Both the position numbers and the translations under genes were made by a program. The notes under the pieces are model-generated. The model was not told where the DNA came from and did no database searches. It worked only from the letters and a program-made list of their open reading frames with translations. From positions 231-64,230 of IMG/VR virus record IMGVR_UViG_3300036770_003925: DNA of 64,000 bases. One strand, 5' to 3'. Origin of the DNA: a virus (Duplodnaviria; Caudoviricetes). Positions 48,079-56,593 of this stretch are shown here, one piece after another. The first letter of the stretch is position 1. Every line of letters starts with the position of its first letter.

Positions 48079-49629
48079 AATAAATCCGGTACCGCTACAT
48101 TAATAAAAGATCCATATGTAAAAACAGTTTTTAAGACACAACAAGAACTTGACGATTTCATTAAATGTTGTGATCCTGTAAATGGTTACTTACATTTTAT
48201 GGATAATTTTTTTTATATACAACACCCTACTAAAGGGTCAATGGTATATCATCCATACGCATATCAAAAACGTTTAATAGAAACATATCATAACTATCGT
48301 TTTAGTATATCTTTAATGCCAAGACAAAGTGGTAAATCTACAAGTGCTGCTGGTTATCTATTATGGTATGCTATGTTTGTTCCTGATAGCACAATATTAA
48401 TTGCTGCACACAAGTACACAGGTGCACAAGAAATCATGCAGCGTATACGTTATGCATATGAAAACTGTCCTATGCATATTAAAGCAGGTGTTACTACTTA
48501 TAATAAAGGTAGTCTAGACTTTGAGAACGGCAGTCGAATAGTTTCAGCAACTACAACAGAAAATACAGGTCGTGGTATGAGTATTTCACTACTGTACTTA
48601 GATGAATTTGCGTTCGTCAGACCAACCATAGCGGAACTATTTTGGACTAGTATTACGCCAACATTAGCAACTGGTGGTAAAGCAATTATAACAAGCACTC
48701 CCAACAGTGATGAGGATCAATTTGCTTTAATTTGGAAATTAGCTAATAAAACTGAAGACGAATATGGTAATCAAACAGAATTAGGAAAGAATGGTTTTAG
48801 AGCCTATAAAGCAGATTGGTGGGAACAACCAGGACGTGATGAAGCTTGGGCTAAAGAAATGCGAGCACAACTTGGAGAAGAACGTTTTAGGCGTGAAATA
48901 GGGTGCGAATTTATTATAGCAGATGAGACACTTATAGCTCCTACTACATTGGTTGATTTAGAAGGTATAGAACCTGTACAACGTATGGGACAAGTTCGTT
49001 GGTATAAAAAACCTGAGAAAGGTAACATATATGCTATAGGATTAGACCCAAGTCTTGGAACAGGAAGTGATCCTGCAGCAATACAAATATATGAAGCTAA
49101 TACTACAATACAAGTAGGTGAATGGAAGCATAATCAAACTGATATCCCAAATCAAGTCAAACTATTAGCACAAATATGTAAGTATATTGAAGAATGTACA
49201 GGAGAACCTAACAACATTTATTACAGTATAGAAAATAATACTATTGGTGAAGCTGCATTAGTTTCCTTAGCTGAATATGGAGAAAGCAATATTCCTGGAA
49301 TCTTTTTGAGTGAACATGGAAAGAAAAGAAAAGGTTTTAATACGACACATAAGGTTAAATTAGCAGCATGTGCTAAGTTTAAGACATTGGTTGAGAGTAA
49401 AAAGATGAAGGTCCATAGTAGAAGTTTGGTCAGTGAGTTAAAAACCTTTGTTGCATTAGAGGGTAGTTATAAAGCTAAGATTGGTGAAACAGATGATTTA
49501 GTTATGGCTAGTTTATTGGTTGTACGTATGTTACAGCATTTGAGTGATTATCATATAGATTTAGAAACACAAATACGTGACCACGATGAATATATAGCAC
49601 CATTACCATTCTTCGCTGTTCTTAATTAA
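48076..49629 (+). CDS. terL: terminase large subunit (T4 gp17-like)
   Basis: PRQSGKS Walker A, LYLDEFAFV, ITSTPN, nuclease GLDPS...DDLVMA. Confidence 0.93.
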   Translation: MNKSGTATLIKDPYVKTVFKTQQELDDFIKCCDPVNGYLHFMDNFFYIQHPTKGSMVYHPYAYQKRLIETYHNYRFSISLMPRQSGKSTSAAGYLLWYAMFVPDSTILIAAHKYTGAQEIMQRIRYAYENCPMHIKAGVTTYNKGSLDFENGSRIVSATTTENTGRGMSISLLYLDEFAFVRPTIAELFWTSITPTLATGGKAIITSTPNSDEDQFALIWKLANKTEDEYGNQTELGKNGFRAYKADWWEQPGRDEAWAKEMRAQLGEERFRREIGCEFIIADETLIAPTTLVDLEGIEPVQRMGQVRWYKKPEKGNIYAIGLDPSLGTGSDPAAIQIYEANTTIQVGEWKHNQTDIPNQVKLLAQICKYIEECTGEPNNIYYSIENNTIGEAALVSLAEYGESNIPGIFLSEHGKKRKGFNTTHKVKLAACAKFKTLVESKKMKVHSRSLVSELKTFVALEGSYKAKIGETDDLVMASLLVVRMLQHLSDYHIDLETQIRDHDEYIAPLPFFAVLN

Positions 49630-49648
49630 GCATGGACTAAATATAACT

Positions 49649-51958
49649 ATGCCACTAGATAAAAATTCATATAACTTAAAATTATATAACCTTTTGAAGA
49701 CAAGAGGTTATCGTCCTGTTCCATTAGATAGTAAGGGCGAACGTTCAGAAGCACCCCAAGAAGCAGATGTTTTCAAATTTACTTTTTCAAAAGATGATGA
49801 AAAAGTAGGTACAATGTATGCTACTGTAGAAGAAGGTGATATAGTCCTTTACTATGATGAACAAGAGGTTAGTGGTTCAAGTGATGCAAATACAAGTGGA
49901 ACAGAGTTTACAGATAGTTTTAGTGGATTAGTTAGACATTTAAAACACTGGGCAATGACAAGACAATTAGGTTTTAGAACAGAACCAGATGATAAATTAG
50001 CCAGTGACATGGCACAAAGGGAATATATGAAAAAGAAAGAAAACATTAGCGAGGGATACTACCCCATGGGTAAATCAGCAAGTTACAATGATGCTGTACC
50101 TACTGTAAAGATTATATTGCACCATACTCGCCAAATACAAGAAGGTGAGCAGCGTTTTCGCCATGTTAATAAAATCTTTTTAGAGAATAGTTTAGGTGAA
50201 AGAATTTTAGCACCAACTATCCGTCCAGGTATTGCACAAGTATATGCTAGACATTTAGCCGAAGGTGGTATACCAAATGATGAGCGTTGGAATCATATTA
50301 AAAGCCTTTGTGAAGATTATACCAAAATGGCAGGCTTTGTCCGTGCCGTAAAAAATAATCAATTTAATGAATCAGCACAACAATTAGTTAATGAAGGAGT
50401 AAATCATTACCAAGGTTTACGTGAAACATTAGGTAGGATGCGTGGTCATCGTGGTTACAATACCTATTTTGAAAGTTGGACACCAACATTAATGGAAGAT
50501 GAAAGTTCAGACAATACATTAAATGAGTTATTTGTACAAGAAACGTTAGATCCTAGAATAGAGAGTGTTCTTCCAATATTAAGTAAGTTAAGAAAAACAG
50601 TTGGTGAGATGAAAGAAGTAAATGAGTTAGCAGAATGGGCTGAAGAATTAACAGAGGCACCAGGAAGTGAAACATTAGCGAATAATGAAAAAACAGAAAA
50701 GCAACGATTAGATGCTTTTGATTTAGAAGAAAGTGATGATGCCGTAAAAGCAGGACAAACTGCCCGTGATAAAATTAAAAAGCCTGCGTTTATGCGTAAA
50801 GCAGCAGGTGAGAAACCAGCAACATTAGGTGATGTAGAGCGTAGTCAACAACATCGTAGTAGCCAAGCAATGGTCGGACAAAAAGGCCAAGAAGTTGAAG
50901 AAAGCGGACTACAGGCATATCTTGGTAATAAGAAGTATGGGAAAGCTGGCATGGACGCATTACGCAAAGCAGGTCGTGATGGTGCTAGCAAAGAAAAGAT
51001 GGCAAACATTCGTGCCAAATATGATAAGTTAGATGAAGAAGGTATGGAAGAAGGTTGGAATGATAGATTAGATGATCCAGATAGGTATGAGGAATATTTG
51101 GAAAGACTCAGAGACCTAGCCGACTACAATCGTAAAAGAGATATAGAGGATCCTCCTCAAAAACATAAAGCTCCTACAGACGATAGTAAAAAACAAGCTG
51201 ATGAATCTGTAGACGATATGTTTAGTTTAAGCGGTAAACTGCCACCTACTGATAGAATAGATAAAGTTGGTGGACAGGATAAGTCATTTGATGAAAAAAT
51301 GATAGCTAACACCATTAAGCATTTATTACAAAAAAATCCTAGTTTGTCACAAGATGAATTAAAAGGCAAGTCTGCTGCTGAATTAATTAGCATGTTAAGA
51401 GAAGGTGTGGCGGAAGGCGTTGGCGGATGGTCGGGACCATTGTATGACCCTGCTCTACAAGGCAATGGTAAGAAACAACGATATGAAATGATGTTCAAAA
51501 ACGGACAAGTAAAGCGATTTAGTGCCATGAATGATAATGAGGCAAGAAAGATTGCTGCTGGGCACGGAGCCAAAAGTGTTATCAAGATGAAAGGCAATGT
51601 TCCTGGTGACAAGATAGGAGAGCAAGGTGTGGCGGAAGACCTTGATGCTAACCAAAAGCGTGTAGGTCAATTAGGCCCAACTGAAAAAGTTAAAAACAAT
51701 AACATCGGTAAATTAGTAGGTGCTAATGAATCATTGGAGTTAAATGAAATGGATAAGTCACAACCATCAAGTGATAGAGGCGGTGAGAGTTCAGGTAACC
51801 CATATGCTAAAGGTGGTAAGGCTACACCAATCAAAGCAAAAGATGCTGAGAAAGATGCTGAAAAGGCATTAAACAAGTCTATGGATAAGGCTCATAAGAA
51901 AGATGTGAAAGAGGGTCAAGAAGACCTCGATGCTATACTAAGAATTATAAGAAAGTAA
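49649..51958 (+). CDS. large acidic putative head/internal protein with many potential prohead-protease sites
   Basis: Late promoter; recurrent hydrophobic-x-E junctions (NISE, FNE, LME, LTE, LEE, LDE, GVAE x2, LNE, VKE). Confidence 0.6.
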   Translation: MPLDKNSYNLKLYNLLKTRGYRPVPLDSKGERSEAPQEADVFKFTFSKDDEKVGTMYATVEEGDIVLYYDEQEVSGSSDANTSGTEFTDSFSGLVRHLKHWAMTRQLGFRTEPDDKLASDMAQREYMKKKENISEGYYPMGKSASYNDAVPTVKIILHHTRQIQEGEQRFRHVNKIFLENSLGERILAPTIRPGIAQVYARHLAEGGIPNDERWNHIKSLCEDYTKMAGFVRAVKNNQFNESAQQLVNEGVNHYQGLRETLGRMRGHRGYNTYFESWTPTLMEDESSDNTLNELFVQETLDPRIESVLPILSKLRKTVGEMKEVNELAEWAEELTEAPGSETLANNEKTEKQRLDAFDLEESDDAVKAGQTARDKIKKPAFMRKAAGEKPATLGDVERSQQHRSSQAMVGQKGQEVEESGLQAYLGNKKYGKAGMDALRKAGRDGASKEKMANIRAKYDKLDEEGMEEGWNDRLDDPDRYEEYLERLRDLADYNRKRDIEDPPQKHKAPTDDSKKQADESVDDMFSLSGKLPPTDRIDKVGGQDKSFDEKMIANTIKHLLQKNPSLSQDELKGKSAAELISMLREGVAEGVGGWSGPLYDPALQGNGKKQRYEMMFKNGQVKRFSAMNDNEARKIAAGHGAKSVIKMKGNVPGDKIGEQGVAEDLDANQKRVGQLGPTEKVKNNNIGKLVGANESLELNEMDKSQPSSDRGGESSGNPYAKGGKATPIKAKDAEKDAEKALNKSMDKAHKKDVKEGQEDLDAILRIIRK
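51402..51638 (+). repeat. 15-bp direct repeat AAGGTGTGGCGGAAG flanking an in-frame 222-nt module
   Basis: Identical copies at 51402-51416 and 51624-51638. Confidence 0.85.
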
Positions 51959-51967
51959 TTCTCCCAA

Positions 51968-51991
51968 AAACCGCACAAAAAAGTGCGGTTT
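51968..51991 (+). terminator. hairpin/terminator after 769-aa gene
   Basis: aaaccgcac-aaaaaa-gtgcggttt. Confidence 0.6.
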
Positions 51992-52002
51992 ACCACATCT
52001 GG

Positions 52003-52043
52003 GATAAATAGTTATTGACACGCTCTGTTTTATAGTATATATT
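52003..52043 (+). promoter_or_regulatory. tandem late (GATAAATA) and sigma70 (TTGACA-17-TATATT) promoters of the SSB gene
   Basis: Direct motif match. Confidence 0.55.
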
Positions 52044-52111
52044 ACACAGTGTGTTTAGGCAATTTTTAGGCACAAAACAAAGACCATCTTAATGAAATAA
52101 GGAGAAATATT

Positions 52112-53128
52112 ATGGCAAGTTTAGCAGATATCCGCGCAAGAATCGCAGCGCAAGAAAACAAAACACAAAAAGGTCAAGTAACGACCGACAACGCAGTATA
52201 TCCCCACTGGAACATGGAAGAAGGCACAATCGCAACGATTCGCTTTTTGCCTGACGCAGACAACAATAACACTTTCTTTTGGGTAGAACGACAAATCATC
52301 AAACTTCCTTTCAATGGATTGAAAGGTGATCCTAATGTAAAACAACTTACAGTACAAGTACCATGTGCTGAAATGTATGGTGATGTTTGTCCAGTACTAA
52401 CAGAAGTTCGTCCATGGTATAAGGATGAAACATTAAAAGAAATGGCTAATAAGTATTGGAAAAAACGCAGTTATCTATTCCAAGCTTTTGTTCGTCAAAA
52501 TCCAATTGGTGATGACAAAACTCCAGCTAACCCTATTCGTAGACTTGTCATTAGTCCACAAATCTTTACTATCATTAAGTCTAGCTTAATGGATCCTGAA
52601 ATGGAAGAACTACCTACTGATTTTGTTCGTGGTCTTGATTTTAATATTAAGAAAACAAGCAAAGGTGGTTATGCTGATTATTCAACAAGTAATTGGGCTA
52701 GAAAAGAAAGTCCATTAACTGAGGCAGAACAAGCAGCAATTGAGGCACATGGACTATTTAATCTAGCAGACTTTTTACCAAAGCGTCCTTCAGAAGCAGA
52801 ATTGAACATCATCAAAGAAATGTTTGAGGCTAGTGTAGATGGACAACCATTTGACAATGAGCGTTGGGGTAGTTATTATCGCCCATACGGAGTAGATGCT
52901 CCACAGCATACACAAGACGATGGTGAAGTTGCTGAGAAAAAAGTATCTGTCCCTGTTAGCAAAAAAGAAACAGTTAAACCAACTGTAGCTAAGGAAGAAA
53001 CAGCTCCTTGGGAAGATGAACCAACTGAAGCAAGTGCACCTGTTAGTGTTCCATCAAAGTCAACATCTAGTGATAAAGCGCAAGATATTTTGGCAATGAT
53101 TCGTAACCGTCAAAACAAAGCAGCCTAA
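52112..53128 (+). CDS. single-stranded DNA-binding protein (T4 gp32-like)
   Basis: IRFLP, CP, K-x-x-x-Y, G-x-DF-x-IKK-x-x-KGGYADY-x-x-S, acidic linker. Confidence 0.85.
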   Translation: MASLADIRARIAAQENKTQKGQVTTDNAVYPHWNMEEGTIATIRFLPDADNNNTFFWVERQIIKLPFNGLKGDPNVKQLTVQVPCAEMYGDVCPVLTEVRPWYKDETLKEMANKYWKKRSYLFQAFVRQNPIGDDKTPANPIRRLVISPQIFTIIKSSLMDPEMEELPTDFVRGLDFNIKKTSKGGYADYSTSNWARKESPLTEAEQAAIEAHGLFNLADFLPKRPSEAELNIIKEMFEASVDGQPFDNERWGSYYRPYGVDAPQHTQDDGEVAEKKVSVPVSKKETVKPTVAKEETAPWEDEPTEASAPVSVPSKSTSSDKAQDILAMIRNRQNKAA

Positions 53129-53136
53129 GGTAATAC

Positions 53137-53157
53137 AGGGAGGATAACATCCTCCCT
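53137..53157 (+). terminator. stem-loop after SSB gene
   Basis: agggaggat-aac-atcctccct. Confidence 0.55.
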
Positions 53158-53173
53158 AATTTAGGAGAATACC

Positions 53174-53410
53174 ATGACATTACCAGATGAAAGATACCGA
53201 GCCCTTAAGCAAGGTAAACGGTTATTGGAAGAATTATGCGATCCAGGTCGCACACCACGAGTACCTGCATTGATTAGAGATAGAGCAAGGGCAGCATTAA
53301 AACATTATCCAAGTGATTACGAATTAGATCGTATTGCTGATAGTTGCCCAGATATCCTTGATAAAGTCTCATTTAATGATAGAATGTATATGAAAGTGGC
53401 AAACAAATAA
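53174..53410 (+). CDS. hypothetical protein
   Basis: MTLPDERYRA...PRVP...LKHYP; SD AGGAG. Confidence 0.65.
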   Translation: MTLPDERYRALKQGKRLLEELCDPGRTPRVPALIRDRARAALKHYPSDYELDRIADSCPDILDKVSFNDRMYMKVANK

Positions 53411-53423
53411 TAAGGAGAGACCC

Positions 53424-54491
53424 TTGGGGAAACCATTTGATGTTAGCAAATTTAGAAAAGATATTACCAAGTCCATTGAAGGACTTAGTATCGGATTTAA
53501 CGACCCAACAGATTGGGTTAGTACAGGAAATCACGCACTTAATTATCTCATTAGTGGTGATTTTAATAAAGGGGTACCTCTTGGTAAAGTTACTGTCTTT
53601 GCCGGAGAGTCAGGATCAGGAAAAAGTTACATATGTGCGGGCAACCTTGTCCGTCACGCACAACAACAAGGAATCTTTGTAGTATTAGTTGATACTGAAA
53701 ACGCACTTGATGAAGATTGGTTACATAACTTGGGAGTTGATACGAACGAGGAAAAACTATTAAAACTAAACATGGCAATGATTGATGATGTTGCTAAAAC
53801 AATTAGTGAATTTATGAAGGGCTATCGTATTATTCCAAATGAAGACCGTCCTAAAGTATTATTCATTATTGATAGTTTAGGAATGTTACTCACTCCAACC
53901 GATGTTAATCAATTTGAAGGCGGTGATTTAAAAGGTGATATGGGTCGTAAACCAAAAGCATTAACAGCACTTGTAAGAAATTGTGTTAATATGTTTGGTA
54001 GCCATAATGTAGGATTAGTCGCAACTAATCACACTTATGCTAGTCAAGATATGTTTGATCCTGATGATAAAATCAGTGGTGGGCAAGGCTTTATCTATGC
54101 AAGTTCAATTGTAGTAGCAATGAAAAAATTGAAACTTAAAGAAGATGAAGATGGCAATAAAACAAGTGAAGTACTTGGTATTCGTAGCGCATGTAAGGTT
54201 ATGAAAACAAGATATGCGAAACCTTTTGAAAGCGTACAAGTAAAGATCCCATATTCCACAGGAATGAATCCATATAGTGGATTATTAGACTTGTTTGAAA
54301 AATCAGGATTATTAGTTAAAGAAGGTAATAGGTTAAGTTATACTACGCTTGATGGCGAGATTATCAAATACTTTCGTAAAGGTTGGGAAACTAATAGTGA
54401 TGGATGTTTAGATAAGGTTATGAGTGAGTATAGTAAAAGAAATGAAAATAAACTAAGTAATGTAACAACTGAGGAGGAAGTTACAGAATGA
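53424..54491 (+). CDS. uvsX: RecA-like recombinase
   Basis: GESGSGKS, VDTENA, IIDSLG, NHTY, SGG; TTG start with SD AAGGAG. Confidence 0.9.
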   Translation: MGKPFDVSKFRKDITKSIEGLSIGFNDPTDWVSTGNHALNYLISGDFNKGVPLGKVTVFAGESGSGKSYICAGNLVRHAQQQGIFVVLVDTENALDEDWLHNLGVDTNEEKLLKLNMAMIDDVAKTISEFMKGYRIIPNEDRPKVLFIIDSLGMLLTPTDVNQFEGGDLKGDMGRKPKALTALVRNCVNMFGSHNVGLVATNHTYASQDMFDPDDKISGGQGFIYASSIVVAMKKLKLKEDEDGNKTSEVLGIRSACKVMKTRYAKPFESVQVKIPYSTGMNPYSGLLDLFEKSGLLVKEGNRLSYTTLDGEIIKYFRKGWETNSDGCLDKVMSEYSKRNENKLSNVTTEEEVTE

Positions 54492-54733
54492 GTTTGACAT
54501 TGATAAGTGAAGCATGGGAAGCATTGCGCCAACATATCCAACTGGCAGATAAAAGTGATGCCGCTGATTCATTAGTTAATTTACTAATTGATCATGGATA
54601 TGATGTTGATGAAATCAAAGAGAATTTTCGTGGTGACAAAGATATCGCAAATGCTTTAGTTTATTTTTCAGAGCAGGAAGAGTACGAAGAAGATTGGGAA
54701 GACGAAGACACATCCGACGACGATGAATGGTGA
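54488..54733 (+). CDS. small acidic hypothetical protein
   Basis: Coupled ORF between uvsX and uvsY. Confidence 0.6.
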   Translation: MSLTLISEAWEALRQHIQLADKSDAADSLVNLLIDHGYDVDEIKENFRGDKDIANALVYFSEQEEYEEDWEDEDTSDDDEW

Positions 54734-54737
54734 TTGA

Positions 54738-55196
54738 GTGAATTACTACTCAAAGATAACGGATGATCTGTCCGTTATCCCTGATTTTATTAGCCATTAT
54801 GAAAACGAATTACATTTGGCTAAACGTGATGTTAAGATATTTGGTAATGTTGAGAAAAATGTATCATCATTACCAGGTATCACAGAACATCGTTTTAATC
54901 AACTGCAAGAAATCGAAGCAGTATTAAATTTCTTAAACATACAATTAAAGAAAATTCGCCGAAAACATTTTCAAAAATACCTAGAGGCGTATAATAGAGT
55001 ATTGACTAGCCGTGATGCTGAAAAGTATGTTGATGGCGAGGATGAAGTAATTGATTTTGAAACTATTATTAATGACGTAGCATTGCTTAGAAATAAATGG
55101 TTGGGTGTAATGAAAGGACTTGACAGTAAAAATTTTATGTTAGGTCATATCGTTAGGTTACGTTCAGCTGGTATGGAAGATGTTACTGTAAGTTAA
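54738..55196 (+). CDS. uvsY: recombination mediator (UvsY-like)
   Basis: Helical protein with Y-x-x-x-Y...AEKYVDGE...K-x-LD-x-K...I-x-x-LR-x-AG, adjacent to uvsX. Confidence 0.7.
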   Translation: MNYYSKITDDLSVIPDFISHYENELHLAKRDVKIFGNVEKNVSSLPGITEHRFNQLQEIEAVLNFLNIQLKKIRRKHFQKYLEAYNRVLTSRDAEKYVDGEDEVIDFETIINDVALLRNKWLGVMKGLDSKNFMLGHIVRLRSAGMEDVTVS

Positions 55197-55204
55197 GGAA
55201 AGAT

Positions 55205-55918
55205 ATGACAAACGTAGTAAAAAATTTAACAGTTAAATCAAGTTTGGCTGATTTGTTTTTAGAAATTCCAGAAAAAGCAGAAGCATTACAAACTGTAAAA
55301 ATACCTTTACTTGTAATTGCTTGTTGTGCTTATAGATTATCTGAAAACAGATCAGAAAAATATTCTATTTTAGATAATCTTGTATTAAAAGGTGTAAATG
55401 AATCTGATTATATATTAGCAGATAAGATTAAAGATTATTATAGTAAAAAACTAGCGTGGTTAAAACTAAAAGGAAATAAACTAACTAAGTTTCGTGAAGA
55501 ACTTGGGAACCTTCTATATGATGATTTTAGTACACAATTAGGTGAGTATACCTATCCATCAAAATATATGGGTATGGCGTATCGTTTACCTTATTTTTAT
55601 TGTTACGATACTAGTGTAGATGAATTCTGTACAAAAGATAACATTTCATACATACCATTTAAGGGTAGTAAATCATTAATTTATATTACTGTGTTAAAAA
55701 GATATGTAAGGCATCAATTATGGTATGATTATTATTTTCATGATGAAAATAACTTTAAATATTTTATCCCAATAAGTAAAGAAAATACTTGTCGCAGTTT
55801 AGTAGATAATATTTTAAAAAAACATACATTAGTGGTAAGTGGAGTTTTTAAAGTTGTTAGAAATGATTATGATTTTTATGTGCCAAACAACGACAAATAT
55901 ATATTAGATATTGAGTAA
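55205..55918 (+). CDS. hypothetical protein
   Basis: Long ORF with SD AAGGA. Confidence 0.6.
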   Translation: MTNVVKNLTVKSSLADLFLEIPEKAEALQTVKIPLLVIACCAYRLSENRSEKYSILDNLVLKGVNESDYILADKIKDYYSKKLAWLKLKGNKLTKFREELGNLLYDDFSTQLGEYTYPSKYMGMAYRLPYFYCYDTSVDEFCTKDNISYIPFKGSKSLIYITVLKRYVRHQLWYDYYFHDENNFKYFIPISKENTCRSLVDNILKKHTLVVSGVFKVVRNDYDFYVPNNDKYILDIE

Positions 55919-56516
55919 TATGATAGTACCAACACATACTAATTATTATGTAAAAGTTTTTGACAATGTATTAGAGAAGAAATTTTGTCAGAAAATTATT
56001 ACACGGATTAATAAAAATGATGTTAATTGGCTCACACATAATTGGAATGTAGGGTATGATAAAGAAACAGGGGAAAATCTTCCCAACCAATCAATTCATG
56101 ACCAAGAACTTTCAATTGTAACCATTGAAACAAAAGAAGCAAGGTTATTAACAGATAACTTATGGGAAGTTATTAGACGTTATTATGATGAGGTATTAGA
56201 AGGATTCACTTGGTATACTGGTTGGGAAGGGTACTCACATGTACGTTTTAATAAGTATGATGTTAATACAAAAATGAGTAAACATTGTGACCACATTAAA
56301 ACATTATTCACAGGTAATCGTCGAGGAATACCTGTGCTTACTGTGTTAGGAGCATTAAATGACAATTATGAAGGTGGTAATTTAATTATTGGAAATGATG
56401 AAGTGATATTAAAAACAGGGTCTGTTGTAATATTTCCTAGTAATTTTATGTATCCTCATGAAGTGCAATTAGTAACTAAAGGTACACGTTATAGTTTTGT
56501 AAGTTGGGTATATTGA
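55911..56516 (+). CDS. 2OG-Fe(II) oxygenase (prolyl-hydroxylase-like)
   Basis: HCD...LNDNYEGG...FPS...H-x-V...G-x-RYS. Confidence 0.85.
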   Translation: MSNMIVPTHTNYYVKVFDNVLEKKFCQKIITRINKNDVNWLTHNWNVGYDKETGENLPNQSIHDQELSIVTIETKEARLLTDNLWEVIRRYYDEVLEGFTWYTGWEGYSHVRFNKYDVNTKMSKHCDHIKTLFTGNRRGIPVLTVLGALNDNYEGGNLIIGNDEVILKTGSVVIFPSNFMYPHEVQLVTKGTRYSFVSWVY

Positions 56517-56522
56517 CACAAA

Positions 56523-56556
56523 TTGTAATAATTCTGTAATAATAATATGCTAATAT
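56523..56556 (+). promoter_or_regulatory. Pho box promoter upstream of phoX
   Basis: TTGTAAT-AATT-CTGTAAT (11-bp period), 10 nt before a TAATAT -10. Confidence 0.65.
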
Positions 56557-56593
56557 ATATGTAAATATAAAAAATCATTTACAGGAGAAAACA

